From assembly GCA_964343505.1 (NCBI GenBank), contig CAYFJU010000005.1, positions 1,669 through 65,668 on the forward strand: a DNA stretch of 64,000 nucleotides, given 5' to 3'. The stretch comes from an uncultured bacterium (GTDB lineage Bacteria; Fidelibacterota; Marinisomatia; Marinisomatales; TCS55). The position numbers were made by a program, and so were the translations under genes. Position 1 is the stretch's first letter, and each line of letters begins with the position of its first letter. Below the pieces are notes generated by a model, which was not told the DNA's origin, did not search any database, and saw nothing but the letters and a program-made list of their open reading frames with translations. Positions 46,864 to 56,409 of this stretch are shown piece after piece.

Positions 46864-47440
46864 CAGAGATTTGGTCTTGAAAGGGATAGGGGAAAATAAA
46901 CCCAATGCTAAGGGTTCCTCTATCGTAGTCAATATTCCCACGACTAAAGATGAAAATTTGGTGGAGAAATTTTCCCATTGGGTTTCCAATGTTGGCGGTA
47001 ATTGCCTTCTGCAAAATGGAAGAGATTTACCCCAGATTATTCAAAGGGAGTATCCAGAGGTTAAATCGGTCTTTTCCTGTGTGGAGGGGGTGGCCTCCCA
47101 CGGAATTTGGCCTGATCAAATTAAAAAACCGCATGATCTTAACAATATTAGCCTGGCCATTATTCAGGGGTGCTTTGGCGTGGCGGAAAACGGTGCAGTT
47201 TGGATTGAAGAAACCAATATGGGGCATCGCATTATTCCATTTATAGCGGAGCATTTGGTTATCCTGTTGGATCGTCAATCCATTGTGGCGAATATGCATG
47301 CTGCCTACGACAAAATTGTTTTAACACAAGTATCATACGGTACATTTATATCCGGACCATCTAAAACAGCGGATATAGAACAGGTATTGGTTATGGGTGC
47401 CCAGGGACCCAAATCTCACTTGGTTATACTGACGGATTAA
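46856..47440 (+). CDS. lutC: L-lactate utilization protein C (LUD domain)
   Basis: 194-aa ORF overlapping the lutB stop. GVAENGAVWI and ISGPSKTADIE are typical of LutC. Confidence 0.8.
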   Translation: MTDRDLVLKGIGENKPNAKGSSIVVNIPTTKDENLVEKFSHWVSNVGGNCLLQNGRDLPQIIQREYPEVKSVFSCVEGVASHGIWPDQIKKPHDLNNISLAIIQGCFGVAENGAVWIEETNMGHRIIPFIAEHLVILLDRQSIVANMHAAYDKIVLTQVSYGTFISGPSKTADIEQVLVMGAQGPKSHLVILTD

Positions 47441-47442
47441 AA

Positions 47443-48963
47443 TTGAAAAAAATATTTATTCTAACCGCCTGCTTTTTTCTTCTTTCCTGCAGAAAAGATT
47501 ATCAACAGCCAAACATCATCCTCTTTCTAGTTGATGATTTAGGGTGGCAGGATACGTCCGTTCCTTTTTGGTCCGACACAACTCATTTCAACTGGATTTA
47601 CCGTACACCCAATATGGAACGGTTGGCAAAAGAAGGCATGAAATTCACCCAAGCCTACGCCACCAGTGTCTGCTCCCCAACTCGGGTCAGTCTTATGACG
47701 GGCATGAATGCGGCCCGACATCGCGTCACCAACTGGACACTTCATAAAGACAAGATTCAACCCATGGAAGCCAACCATCCTGATTTGGTATTTCCGAAGT
47801 GGAATGTAAATGGTATGACGCCAGAACCATCAATTCAGAATGCTGTTCACGCCACATCCTTGCCATCCATTTTGCAAACGAATGGGTACCGGACAATCCA
47901 TGTGGGTAAGGCCCATTTTGGCGCCATTGGTACGCCTGCGGCTGATCCCAAGAATATTGGTTTCGATGTCAATATTGCCGGACATGCTGCCGGTGGTCCT
48001 GGTGGATACCATGGCGAGAGAAATTTCAGTGCTGAATGGCGGGGCGGCGCCAATACGTGGGATGTGCCGGGACTTGAAAAATACCATGGCTCCAGTACAA
48101 ATTTGACGGAAGCATTGACAATTGAAGCTATGGTTGCCATGGATGATGCAGTTAATTCTGATCAGCCATTCTTTTTATACATGTCCCACTATACAGTCCA
48201 TACCCCAATTGAATCGGATCGGCGTTTTGTCCAGAAATATATGGATGAAGGGTTGGATCCAACTGAAGCTAAATATGCATCCATGGTTGAAGGGATGGAT
48301 AACAGTCTCGGCGATTTAATGGATTATCTTGAGACGCACAATCTTGAGGAAAACACAATTATCCTATTTATGTCTGACAATGGCGGCCTTAGTGCTGTGG
48401 CAAGGGGTGGCGAAAAACACACCCACAATTGGCCCCTATCCAGTGGAAAAGGATCGGTTAGAGAGGGGGGCATCCGCGAACCCATGATCGTAAAATGGCC
48501 CGGTGTGGTTAAAGCTGGATCTGTAGCTGACGATTATCTTATCATTGAAGATTTTTTCCCAACCATATTGAGCATGGCGGGAATTCAGAATTTCGAAACG
48601 GCCCAGACCATTGACGGAAAAAGTTTTATCCCCATGTTAAAGCAAACAAGGGCCACATCCCAAGATCGTGCTTTGGTATGGCATTACCCCAACGAATGGG
48701 GGCCAAGTGGTCCGGGAATCGGAGCCACCAGTACAATCCGAAAAGGGGACTGGAAATTGATCTATTATCATTTGGATCAGCGTTTCGAATTATTCAATCT
48801 CGCAAATGATATCAGCGAATCAAAGAATTTGGCGCATACCAATCCAGAAGTATTAAATGAATTAGCGAAAGATTTAACCGATTATTTAATTAAAGTGAAA
48901 GCACAAATGCCTTCGAATAAAAATACGGGAATCCAAATTCCGTATCCCGCAGATGCACTATAA
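47443..48963 (+). CDS. Cys-type sulfatase, lipoprotein
   Basis: 506-aa ORF. The TTG start gives (M)KKIFILTACFFLLSC. NIILFLVDDLGWQD, CSPTRVSLMTG, MSDNGG. Confidence 0.9.
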   Translation: MKKIFILTACFFLLSCRKDYQQPNIILFLVDDLGWQDTSVPFWSDTTHFNWIYRTPNMERLAKEGMKFTQAYATSVCSPTRVSLMTGMNAARHRVTNWTLHKDKIQPMEANHPDLVFPKWNVNGMTPEPSIQNAVHATSLPSILQTNGYRTIHVGKAHFGAIGTPAADPKNIGFDVNIAGHAAGGPGGYHGERNFSAEWRGGANTWDVPGLEKYHGSSTNLTEALTIEAMVAMDDAVNSDQPFFLYMSHYTVHTPIESDRRFVQKYMDEGLDPTEAKYASMVEGMDNSLGDLMDYLETHNLEENTIILFMSDNGGLSAVARGGEKHTHNWPLSSGKGSVREGGIREPMIVKWPGVVKAGSVADDYLIIEDFFPTILSMAGIQNFETAQTIDGKSFIPMLKQTRATSQDRALVWHYPNEWGPSGPGIGATSTIRKGDWKLIYYHLDQRFELFNLANDISESKNLAHTNPEVLNELAKDLTDYLIKVKAQMPSNKNTGIQIPYPADAL

Positions 48964-48986
48964 TTAAAAAGAACGATACAACCACC

Positions 48987-50696
48987 ATGAAAAAAATATT
49001 TATTTCACTCATTTATATAAGCGCATTTGCGCAAGACATAAAACATCAATATGCTGATGGACTGATCACATCGGAGGATCTGTTCAATACATCCATGGTT
49101 AAAGATGTGGCCTGTTTCCGCATCCCTGCAACTGTCACCGCACCGAACGGAGATCTGATTACCGCAATAGACGAACGTGTCCCCTCCTGTGCCGACCTGA
49201 GAGCCAGCGGGGATATCAATATTGTATTACGGCGAAGCGATGACAATGGAAAAACATGGTCTGAAATAGAAACAGTTGTGGATTTTTCCCTCGGACTTTC
49301 AGCATCGGACCCTTCTTTAATTGTGGACAGAGTGACTAGGGAAATATTCATGTTTTACAATTATATGGATTATGAAAATGAAAAGGACATCTACTATCTC
49401 CATGTGGTCAAAAGTAAGGATAACGGGAAAACATGGGGGCAGCCCATAGATATCACTTCTCAAATTGCAAAGGCTGAATGGCATGGGGATTTCAAATTCA
49501 TTACTTCCGGCCGGGGAATCCAAACCCGATCTGGGAGACTGCTTCATACTTTGGTGAACCTCAAGAACGGCCTCCATATTTTCGGTAGTGATGATCATGG
49601 GAAATCCTGGTATTTGATTGGTACGCCAATCACCCCCGGGGATGAATCCAAAATCATAGAGTTGGAGGATGGTAGTTGGATGATCAATTCCAGAGTGAAC
49701 CGGGCCGGGATGCGATACTCTCATATTTCCTCCGATGAAGGCAAATCCTGGGAGACAAAAGCAGAGCCCAATCTTATCGACCCCGGATGCAATGGCAGTA
49801 TTATTCGTTATACGTCAACGAAAGATGGTTATCAAAAAAACCGTCTTTTATTCTCTAATGCGAAAATGGAAAAAGGAAGAATGAATTTGACTGTCCGTGT
49901 GAGTTATGATGAAGGGAAAACATGGACGGAAGGCAAAACTGTCTATCCGGGAGGCTCAGCCTATTCATCATTAACAAAATTAAAAAATGGAGATATTGGC
50001 CTATTTTTTGAAAAGGACAATTATACTAAAAATGAGTTTGTTAGTTTTTCTTTAGCATGGCTAACGGATGGAAAGGACAATTATAAAAAGCCCACAAAGT
50101 GGAAACACTCCAATCATTATTATAATAGAAAATCACTATTTGAAAATCAACCCGACACGAAAAATGAAATTATATTTTTAGGCAACAGCATCACTGAGAT
50201 GGGTAATTGGAAATTACTATTTCCGGATAAAAATGCGGTGAATCGGGGCATCAGCGGCGATTTAACCGATGGTGTATTGGATCGACTGGATGAAGTCGTT
50301 TCATCGCAGCCGCAAAAAATATTTCTTATGATTGGAACCAACGATTTGGCACGGGGGAGAAGTGTAGAATACGTTTTAGACCATTCTCGAAAAATTATTA
50401 AAAATATTGTATCTCAATCCCCAAATACTCAATTGTATCTTCAGAGTGTTTTACCAATCAATCCGAATGTAGGGGGAAAGTTCTCAGGACACAAGAGTAA
50501 GAAAAATGAAATTTTGTCCGTGAATAAAAAGCTGAAGGTCATGGCCCGGGATTACAAAATCAACTATATTGATCTCCATAAATCATTCAGCGATACTAAA
50601 GGTTATTTATTGCCAAAATTGACTTATGATGGATTGCATCTCAATCAAGCCGGATATGATCATTGGAAATCTGTCATTCAGCATTTTGTTAATTGA
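48987..50696 (+). CDS. GH33 sialidase fused to a C-terminal SGNH/GDSL esterase (sialate O-acetylesterase-like)
   Basis: 569-aa ORF. FRIP motif (CFRIPATV) and five Asp-boxes (SDDNGKTW, SKDNGKTW, SDDHGKSW, SSDEGKSW, SYDEGKTW). SGNH blocks start near aa 390: FLGNSITE, GISGD, IGTNDL, DGLHLN. Confidence 0.85.
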   Translation: MKKIFISLIYISAFAQDIKHQYADGLITSEDLFNTSMVKDVACFRIPATVTAPNGDLITAIDERVPSCADLRASGDINIVLRRSDDNGKTWSEIETVVDFSLGLSASDPSLIVDRVTREIFMFYNYMDYENEKDIYYLHVVKSKDNGKTWGQPIDITSQIAKAEWHGDFKFITSGRGIQTRSGRLLHTLVNLKNGLHIFGSDDHGKSWYLIGTPITPGDESKIIELEDGSWMINSRVNRAGMRYSHISSDEGKSWETKAEPNLIDPGCNGSIIRYTSTKDGYQKNRLLFSNAKMEKGRMNLTVRVSYDEGKTWTEGKTVYPGGSAYSSLTKLKNGDIGLFFEKDNYTKNEFVSFSLAWLTDGKDNYKKPTKWKHSNHYYNRKSLFENQPDTKNEIIFLGNSITEMGNWKLLFPDKNAVNRGISGDLTDGVLDRLDEVVSSQPQKIFLMIGTNDLARGRSVEYVLDHSRKIIKNIVSQSPNTQLYLQSVLPINPNVGGKFSGHKSKKNEILSVNKKLKVMARDYKINYIDLHKSFSDTKGYLLPKLTYDGLHLNQAGYDHWKSVIQHFVN

Positions 50697-50698
50697 TA

Positions 50699-52156
50699 AT
50701 GAATAAAATATATTTCTTATGCGCTCTTTATTTGATGGGATGTGAATCCGAAAAAGTTTCACCACCCGAGCCGGTCTATCCCATTCCCAATCAACACCAA
50801 TTGGACTGGCAGGATTTGGAGTTTTATGCCTTTATTCATTTCAATATGAATACGTTCACGAATATGGAATGGGGTACTGGTGGTGAAAGTCCTGCACAAT
50901 TCAATCCAACAGACCTGGATTGCCGCCAATGGGCTAATACATTCAAAGATGCAGGGATGAAGGGCATCATTATTACAGCAAAACATCATGATGGATTTTG
51001 CCTATGGCCTTCAAAATACACAGAACATTCTGTGAAGAATTCACCCTGGCGTAATGGAGATGGAGACTTGATTCGAGAGTTGGCTGATGCCTGTAAAGAA
51101 TTTGGATTAAAATTGGGTATATATTATTCCCCATGGGATCGAAATCATGCCGATTACGGGAAACCCGAATACATTACTTATATGCGAAATCAACTTCGGG
51201 AATTGCTCACAGAATATGGAGAAATTTTTGAAGTCTGGTTCGACGGTGCCAATGGCGGGAAAGGGTATTATGGCGGCGCCAATGAAAACCGTAAAGTGGA
51301 TAAAAAGGGATATTACGATTGGAAAAACACCCACGCTTTTGTCATGGATCTTCAGCCCAATACAGTGATTTTTGGAGATGCCGGCCCGGATGTGCGCTGG
51401 GTAGGAAATGAAAAGGGATTTGCCTATCCCACCACTTGGTCCAACCTCATGCGGGATTCGGTTTATGCGGGGATGCCCGAGTATTCCAAAATGTATGCCT
51501 CAGGTCAGGAGAACGGATCTCATTGGGTGCCGGCGGAGGTGGATGTATCCATTCGCCCGGGATGGTATTACCACCCGGAGCAGGATGACCAAGTAAAGTC
51601 ACTTCAAAAACTCATGAATATCTATTATGAATCCATAGGCCGGAATGCATCATTGCTGCTGAATTTTCCTGTGGACGTGCGTGGGCTGGTCCATGAGAAT
51701 GATGTGCGCCAACTGCAGAAAATGGCCGCACAGATTCGGAAAGATTTCGCCCATGAACTTATTGAAAGTAAACCCGTATCCGCATCCAATCACCGCGGAA
51801 AGGGATTTGAACCGCGCCTGGTCAATGATGGAAGACCAGAAACATATTGGGCAACAGTGAATGGTGTGGTTCAATCCAGTTTGACCATTGATCTGGAGAA
51901 GGAAACCACTTTTAACCGATTTCTGATTCAGGAATACATTCCTCTGGGACAGCGGATAAAATCCTTCTCAATTGAAGTGAAGGGGGAACATGGATGGGAG
52001 GAAATCGACCATCAAACCACTATCGGATATAAACGGATTATGCGATTCCCCGATGTCACAGGAACGGCCATTCGGGTGAATATTTTAGACGCCAAAGCCT
52101 GTCCAACCATTTCCAATATTGAAGTGTACCACGCCCCACCCTTGATTAATGAATAA
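50699..52156 (+). CDS. GH29 alpha-L-fucosidase with C-terminal F5/8-type-C (CBM32-like) domain, lipoprotein
   Basis: ATG 50699 (TTG 50693 is also possible) gives MNKIYFLCALYLMGC. TAKHHDGFCLWPS and YYSPWD. C-terminus VNDGRPETYWA...ISNIEVY. Confidence 0.9.
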   Translation: MNKIYFLCALYLMGCESEKVSPPEPVYPIPNQHQLDWQDLEFYAFIHFNMNTFTNMEWGTGGESPAQFNPTDLDCRQWANTFKDAGMKGIIITAKHHDGFCLWPSKYTEHSVKNSPWRNGDGDLIRELADACKEFGLKLGIYYSPWDRNHADYGKPEYITYMRNQLRELLTEYGEIFEVWFDGANGGKGYYGGANENRKVDKKGYYDWKNTHAFVMDLQPNTVIFGDAGPDVRWVGNEKGFAYPTTWSNLMRDSVYAGMPEYSKMYASGQENGSHWVPAEVDVSIRPGWYYHPEQDDQVKSLQKLMNIYYESIGRNASLLLNFPVDVRGLVHENDVRQLQKMAAQIRKDFAHELIESKPVSASNHRGKGFEPRLVNDGRPETYWATVNGVVQSSLTIDLEKETTFNRFLIQEYIPLGQRIKSFSIEVKGEHGWEEIDHQTTIGYKRIMRFPDVTGTAIRVNILDAKACPTISNIEVYHAPPLINE

Positions 52157-53675
52157 TCGTAAAATCAGTCAGATATTTGGGTTAATGGCATTAGGTCTAT
52201 TCCAATGGTCTTGTGCAAAAGATAAGCGCCCCAATATTATTTTCATCATGACTGATGACCATGCCTATCAAACACTCAGTGCCTATGATGATCGCTTCAT
52301 TGATACACCCAATCTAGATCGTATTGCCGAAGCTGGCGTAATCTTTAAGAACAGTTTTGTAGCCAATTCCATCTGTGCCCCCAGTCGCGCCACCATTCTT
52401 ACGGGAAAATACAGCCATAGGAATGGTCAATTGGATAACCGCACCCGTTTTGACAGCAGTCAGGTGACATTCCCCAAATTGTTAGGAGGTGCCGGCTATG
52501 AAACAGCCATTGTGGGAAAATGGCATTTGCGGAGTGAGCCCACAGGATTTGATCATTGGGAAGTCCTCATCGGCCAAGGAGATTATTACAATTCCGATTT
52601 TATCAATAATGGGAAACGGGAAAAATCAGATGGTTATGTCACCGATGTAATTACAGATAAAAGTATCCGGTGGTTAGAACAAAGAGATAAATCAAAACCA
52701 TTTTCACTTTTAGTCCACCATAAGGCCACACATAGAATTTGGATGCCCGACACTGCTCTTTTCGAGGAATTCAAAGGTGTTGATTTTGAAGTCCCGGCAA
52801 ACTTTTTTGATAAATACGAAGGGCGGTCCGCCGCCGCTGCCCACATCATGGGCATTGATAAGGACATGGACCTGGTCTATGATTTGAAAATGCTGGATGA
52901 GGGTGAACTCCAGACACGATACCGTAAATATTATGAGGAGATTATTGCCAAACTGAATCCGGAGCAGCGAAAGGCATGGGATGCCTATTATCAACCGATT
53001 TTAAAGACATTTAAAAAATCTGCTCTCAAGGGTAAAGACTTAGCCCTCTGGAAGTATCAACGCTATATGCAGGACTACCTCCAATGCGTTCGGTCTGTAG
53101 ATAACAATGTGGGACGATTACTGGATTATTTGGATGAGTCGGGATTAGGTGAAAATACGATTGTGGTTTATACATCGGATCAGGGTTTTTATATGGGGGA
53201 GCATGGATGGTTTGATAAACGATTCATGTATGAAGAATCATTGCGAACACCATTGTTAATGCAGTTTCCAAAGAAATATGACATCCATGGTGAGGTGGAT
53301 GAAATGGTGCAGAATATTGATTATTCCCCCACCTTACTCGACTATGCCGGTGTACGTATTCCCAATCAAATCCAAGGCCGATCCATGAAACCGCTTCTAG
53401 AAAGAAAAGACATTCAGTGGCGGGATGCGATTTATTACCACTATTACGAATTCCCCAACGAACATGGGGTGAAAAAACATTATGGGATTCGCACGGCACG
53501 TTATAAACTCATCCATTTCTATGAAGATATTGATGTGTGGGAATTGTATGATCTGGAGCATGATCCCAATGAAATGAAAAATATTTTTATTGAGACGGAA
53601 TCAGGTGATATTATTAATAATCTGAAACAAAAACTGAGAGCAATACAAAAGGAGATAGGAGAAACAATAGAATGA
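52149..53675 (+). CDS. secreted Cys-type sulfatase (paralog of 26343-27923)
   Basis: 508-aa ORF with NIIFIMTDDH, CAPSRATILTG, GKWHL and YTSDQGFYMGEHG. Confidence 0.9.
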   Translation: MNNRKISQIFGLMALGLFQWSCAKDKRPNIIFIMTDDHAYQTLSAYDDRFIDTPNLDRIAEAGVIFKNSFVANSICAPSRATILTGKYSHRNGQLDNRTRFDSSQVTFPKLLGGAGYETAIVGKWHLRSEPTGFDHWEVLIGQGDYYNSDFINNGKREKSDGYVTDVITDKSIRWLEQRDKSKPFSLLVHHKATHRIWMPDTALFEEFKGVDFEVPANFFDKYEGRSAAAAHIMGIDKDMDLVYDLKMLDEGELQTRYRKYYEEIIAKLNPEQRKAWDAYYQPILKTFKKSALKGKDLALWKYQRYMQDYLQCVRSVDNNVGRLLDYLDESGLGENTIVVYTSDQGFYMGEHGWFDKRFMYEESLRTPLLMQFPKKYDIHGEVDEMVQNIDYSPTLLDYAGVRIPNQIQGRSMKPLLERKDIQWRDAIYYHYYEFPNEHGVKKHYGIRTARYKLIHFYEDIDVWELYDLEHDPNEMKNIFIETESGDIINNLKQKLRAIQKEIGETIE

Positions 53676-55066
53676 GGGAGAGGATGAAGCAAATATTAAT
53701 CAGTCGAGGATTGATATTCCTGTTGGGGATGAATGTTATCATTGGACAAAAGGGTGATGGATGGCAGTCAATATTTGATGAAAAAACACTTGATGGATGG
53801 CATCAAAAAGGTGGCAATGCCACCTATGAAGTCAAAGATAATATGATTGTGGGTAAAACGGTTGCCAATTCACCCAATAGCTTTTTGTGTACGGACAAGT
53901 TTTATTCTGATTTTATCCTGGAATATGAAGTATTTGTAGATCCTGAACTGAATTCCGGCGTCCAGGTCAGAAGTAACAGCAATCCGGATTATCGGAAGGG
54001 CCGTGTTCACGGATACCAGGTTGAAGTGGATCCCACACCCCGGGCGTTCACAGGGGGTATTTATGATGAATCCCGCCGTGGATGGATCTATCCCCTATCC
54101 CGAAACCCAAAAGGGCGGACTGCTTTTAAAAACGGCCAATGGAACCATTTTCGGGTGGAGGCTGTAGGTAATTCTATCCGCACTTGGGTCAACGGTATTA
54201 TGTGTGCAAACCTTGTAGATGACCTCACAGATAAAGGATTTATTGGTTTACAGGTTCACTCCATTTACCGTCCGGAATTGGTAGGCCGAATCGTAAAATG
54301 GCGGAATATCCGCATTAAAACTGGGAATTTGGAACGAAGCAGAAAAGTTGTGGACCCGCAAGTGGATGAAATCAGTTTCCTGAATAACCGGCTTACAGAG
54401 ACAGAAAAGAAAAAAGGGTGGCGACTTTTGTTTGATGGCCGAACAAATAAGGGCTGGCGCGGAGCAAAATTAGATCGATTCCCGAAAAAGGGGTGGCAGA
54501 TAAAAAAGGGTATTTTAACCGTTCTTGCCACAGACGGGGGTGAATCCACCGGCCCCGGTGATATCATTACTGAGGACCAATTCAGCGATTTTGAATTGGT
54601 GTTGGATTTTAAGATTACTGAAGGTGCCAACAGTGGTATCAAATATTTTGTGGATCCTGAATTAAACAAAGGTGTCGGTTCAGCCATTGGCTGTGAATTC
54701 CAAATTTTAGACGATAGAAAACACCCGGATGCCAAAAAAGGAATAGCCGGAAACCGTACCGTTGGTTCCCTTTATGACCTTATGGCGGCAGAAGGATTGA
54801 CCGTATCAGGGAGAGGGAAACAATTCAAAGGCATTGGGGCATGGAACCGGGCGAGAATTGTTTCAAAAGACGGCCATGTTGAACATTGGCTGAATGGAGA
54901 AAAAGTGCTGGAATATGACCGCTACTCTCAAATGTTCAGAGCACTGGTCGCCGGGAGCAAATATGCCAAATGGAAGAATTTCGGTCAATGGCCTCAGGGG
55001 CATATTCTGCTTCAAGACCACGGTGACACGGTGCATTTTAGCAATATCAAAATCCGGGAGTTTTAA
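53672..55066 (+). CDS. secreted protein with two tandem DUF1080 (3-keto-disaccharide-hydrolase-like) domains
   Basis: 464-aa ORF. Repeat 1 reads GWQSIFDEKTLDGWHQ...NSGVQVRS...GYQVEV...GLQVH...WRNIRIK. Repeat 2 reads GWRLLFDGRTNKGWRG...NSGIKYF...EFQILDD...LLQDHGDTVHFSNIKIR. Confidence 0.75.
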   Translation: MRERMKQILISRGLIFLLGMNVIIGQKGDGWQSIFDEKTLDGWHQKGGNATYEVKDNMIVGKTVANSPNSFLCTDKFYSDFILEYEVFVDPELNSGVQVRSNSNPDYRKGRVHGYQVEVDPTPRAFTGGIYDESRRGWIYPLSRNPKGRTAFKNGQWNHFRVEAVGNSIRTWVNGIMCANLVDDLTDKGFIGLQVHSIYRPELVGRIVKWRNIRIKTGNLERSRKVVDPQVDEISFLNNRLTETEKKKGWRLLFDGRTNKGWRGAKLDRFPKKGWQIKKGILTVLATDGGESTGPGDIITEDQFSDFELVLDFKITEGANSGIKYFVDPELNKGVGSAIGCEFQILDDRKHPDAKKGIAGNRTVGSLYDLMAAEGLTVSGRGKQFKGIGAWNRARIVSKDGHVEHWLNGEKVLEYDRYSQMFRALVAGSKYAKWKNFGQWPQGHILLQDHGDTVHFSNIKIREF

Positions 55067-56392
55067 ATGGCTGACAAAAAAGTATCCCGCAGATCATTTT
55101 TAAAAACCACTTCCATTGCCGGTGCAGGGTTGGCCCTTTCTGCCAAGAGTTATGGCATGATCCTTGGAGCAAATGACCGTGTAAACTTTGCCATTGCCGG
55201 GTTGAACGGCCGGGGCAATGGCCTGATTGGCGGTGTGGCCCTTTCTCCAAATACACAGATCAGTTATTTCTGTGACGTTGATGAAAGGGTATACCTGAAG
55301 GCCATGAAAAATGCGAAGGAGAATTATGGCCTATCTCCAAAAACGGAGAATGACTTCAGGAAATTGCTGGAGAATCAGGATGTGGATGTCCTTGTGATTG
55401 CCACACCGGACCATTGGCATGCCCCCATGAGTATCCTCGCTCTTGAAGCGGGGAAGCATGTTTATGTCGAAAAACCCTGCAGTCACAATCCTCGGGAGGG
55501 TGAACTCTTGATCGCTGCCCAAAAGAAGTATAAGGGTGTCATACAGATGGGGAACCAGCAGCGGTCTGCATCAACATCCATCGAGGCAATTCGTGATATT
55601 CGGAATGGCCTAATAGGGGAAGTTTATTTTGGGAAGGCTTGGTACGCCAACAGCCGCGGTTCAATTGGTAAAGGAAGGGTGGCAAAAGTGCCTGAAAATT
55701 TGGACTGGGACCTCTGGCAAGGGCCTGCTCCCCGGCGCCGATACAAGGACAATCGGGTCCACTATAACTGGCATTGGTTTTGGGATTGGGGCACAGGTGA
55801 AATCAATAATAATGGCACCCATGAAATTGATATTTGCCGTTGGGCTTTGGATGTAGATTTTCCAACCGAGGTGAATTCTTCCGGGGGACGCTACCATTTC
55901 GATGATGATTGGGAATTCTATGATACGCAAGTCGTTAATTACCAATTCCCCGGGAATAAAATGATCACCTGGGAAGGGCGAAGCTGCAATCCATTCACTT
56001 ATCACGGGCGCGGCAGAGGCGCAAGCATCCATGGGACAAAAGGAACCATTATTTTAGACCGGAACGGTTACCTCGCTTATGGCATGGATGGCAAAGTGAT
56101 TAAAGATTCCCGTGAGAAAAAGAAAAGTGCCACCACTAATACGGTGGGTATTGGGAATCTGGATATCCTCCATATGACCAATATGCTGAATGTGATCCGC
56201 AAAAATGAAAAACAACATTCTCCTATCGACGAGGGGCATAAGAGTAACCTTTTATGCCACTTGGGGAATATTGCCCAGGAAATGGGACGTGTTTTAAAGA
56301 CCAACCCGAGAAACGGTAAAATTCTGAATGACCGAAAAGCCATGAAAATGTGGTCTCGAGATTATGAATCGGGTTGGGAGCCAAAGGTCTAA
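55067..56392 (+). CDS. Tat-exported Gfo/Idh/MocA family oxidoreductase
   Basis: 441-aa ORF. Twin-arginine signal SRRSFLKTTSIAGAGLALSA, Rossmann FAIAGLNGRGNG, EKP motif YVEKPCSHN. Confidence 0.85.
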   Translation: MADKKVSRRSFLKTTSIAGAGLALSAKSYGMILGANDRVNFAIAGLNGRGNGLIGGVALSPNTQISYFCDVDERVYLKAMKNAKENYGLSPKTENDFRKLLENQDVDVLVIATPDHWHAPMSILALEAGKHVYVEKPCSHNPREGELLIAAQKKYKGVIQMGNQQRSASTSIEAIRDIRNGLIGEVYFGKAWYANSRGSIGKGRVAKVPENLDWDLWQGPAPRRRYKDNRVHYNWHWFWDWGTGEINNNGTHEIDICRWALDVDFPTEVNSSGGRYHFDDDWEFYDTQVVNYQFPGNKMITWEGRSCNPFTYHGRGRGASIHGTKGTIILDRNGYLAYGMDGKVIKDSREKKKSATTNTVGIGNLDILHMTNMLNVIRKNEKQHSPIDEGHKSNLLCHLGNIAQEMGRVLKTNPRNGKILNDRKAMKMWSRDYESGWEPKV

Positions 56393-56409
56393 AAAGGGGG
56401 GATAGAATA

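Noticed and set aside
54265-54735. 156-aa minus-strand ORF inside the tandem-DUF1080 gene; similar cases at 37942-38397, 58046-58495 and 63066-63473
   Set aside because: All lie entirely within well-supported genes on the other strand or frame and have no motif support.
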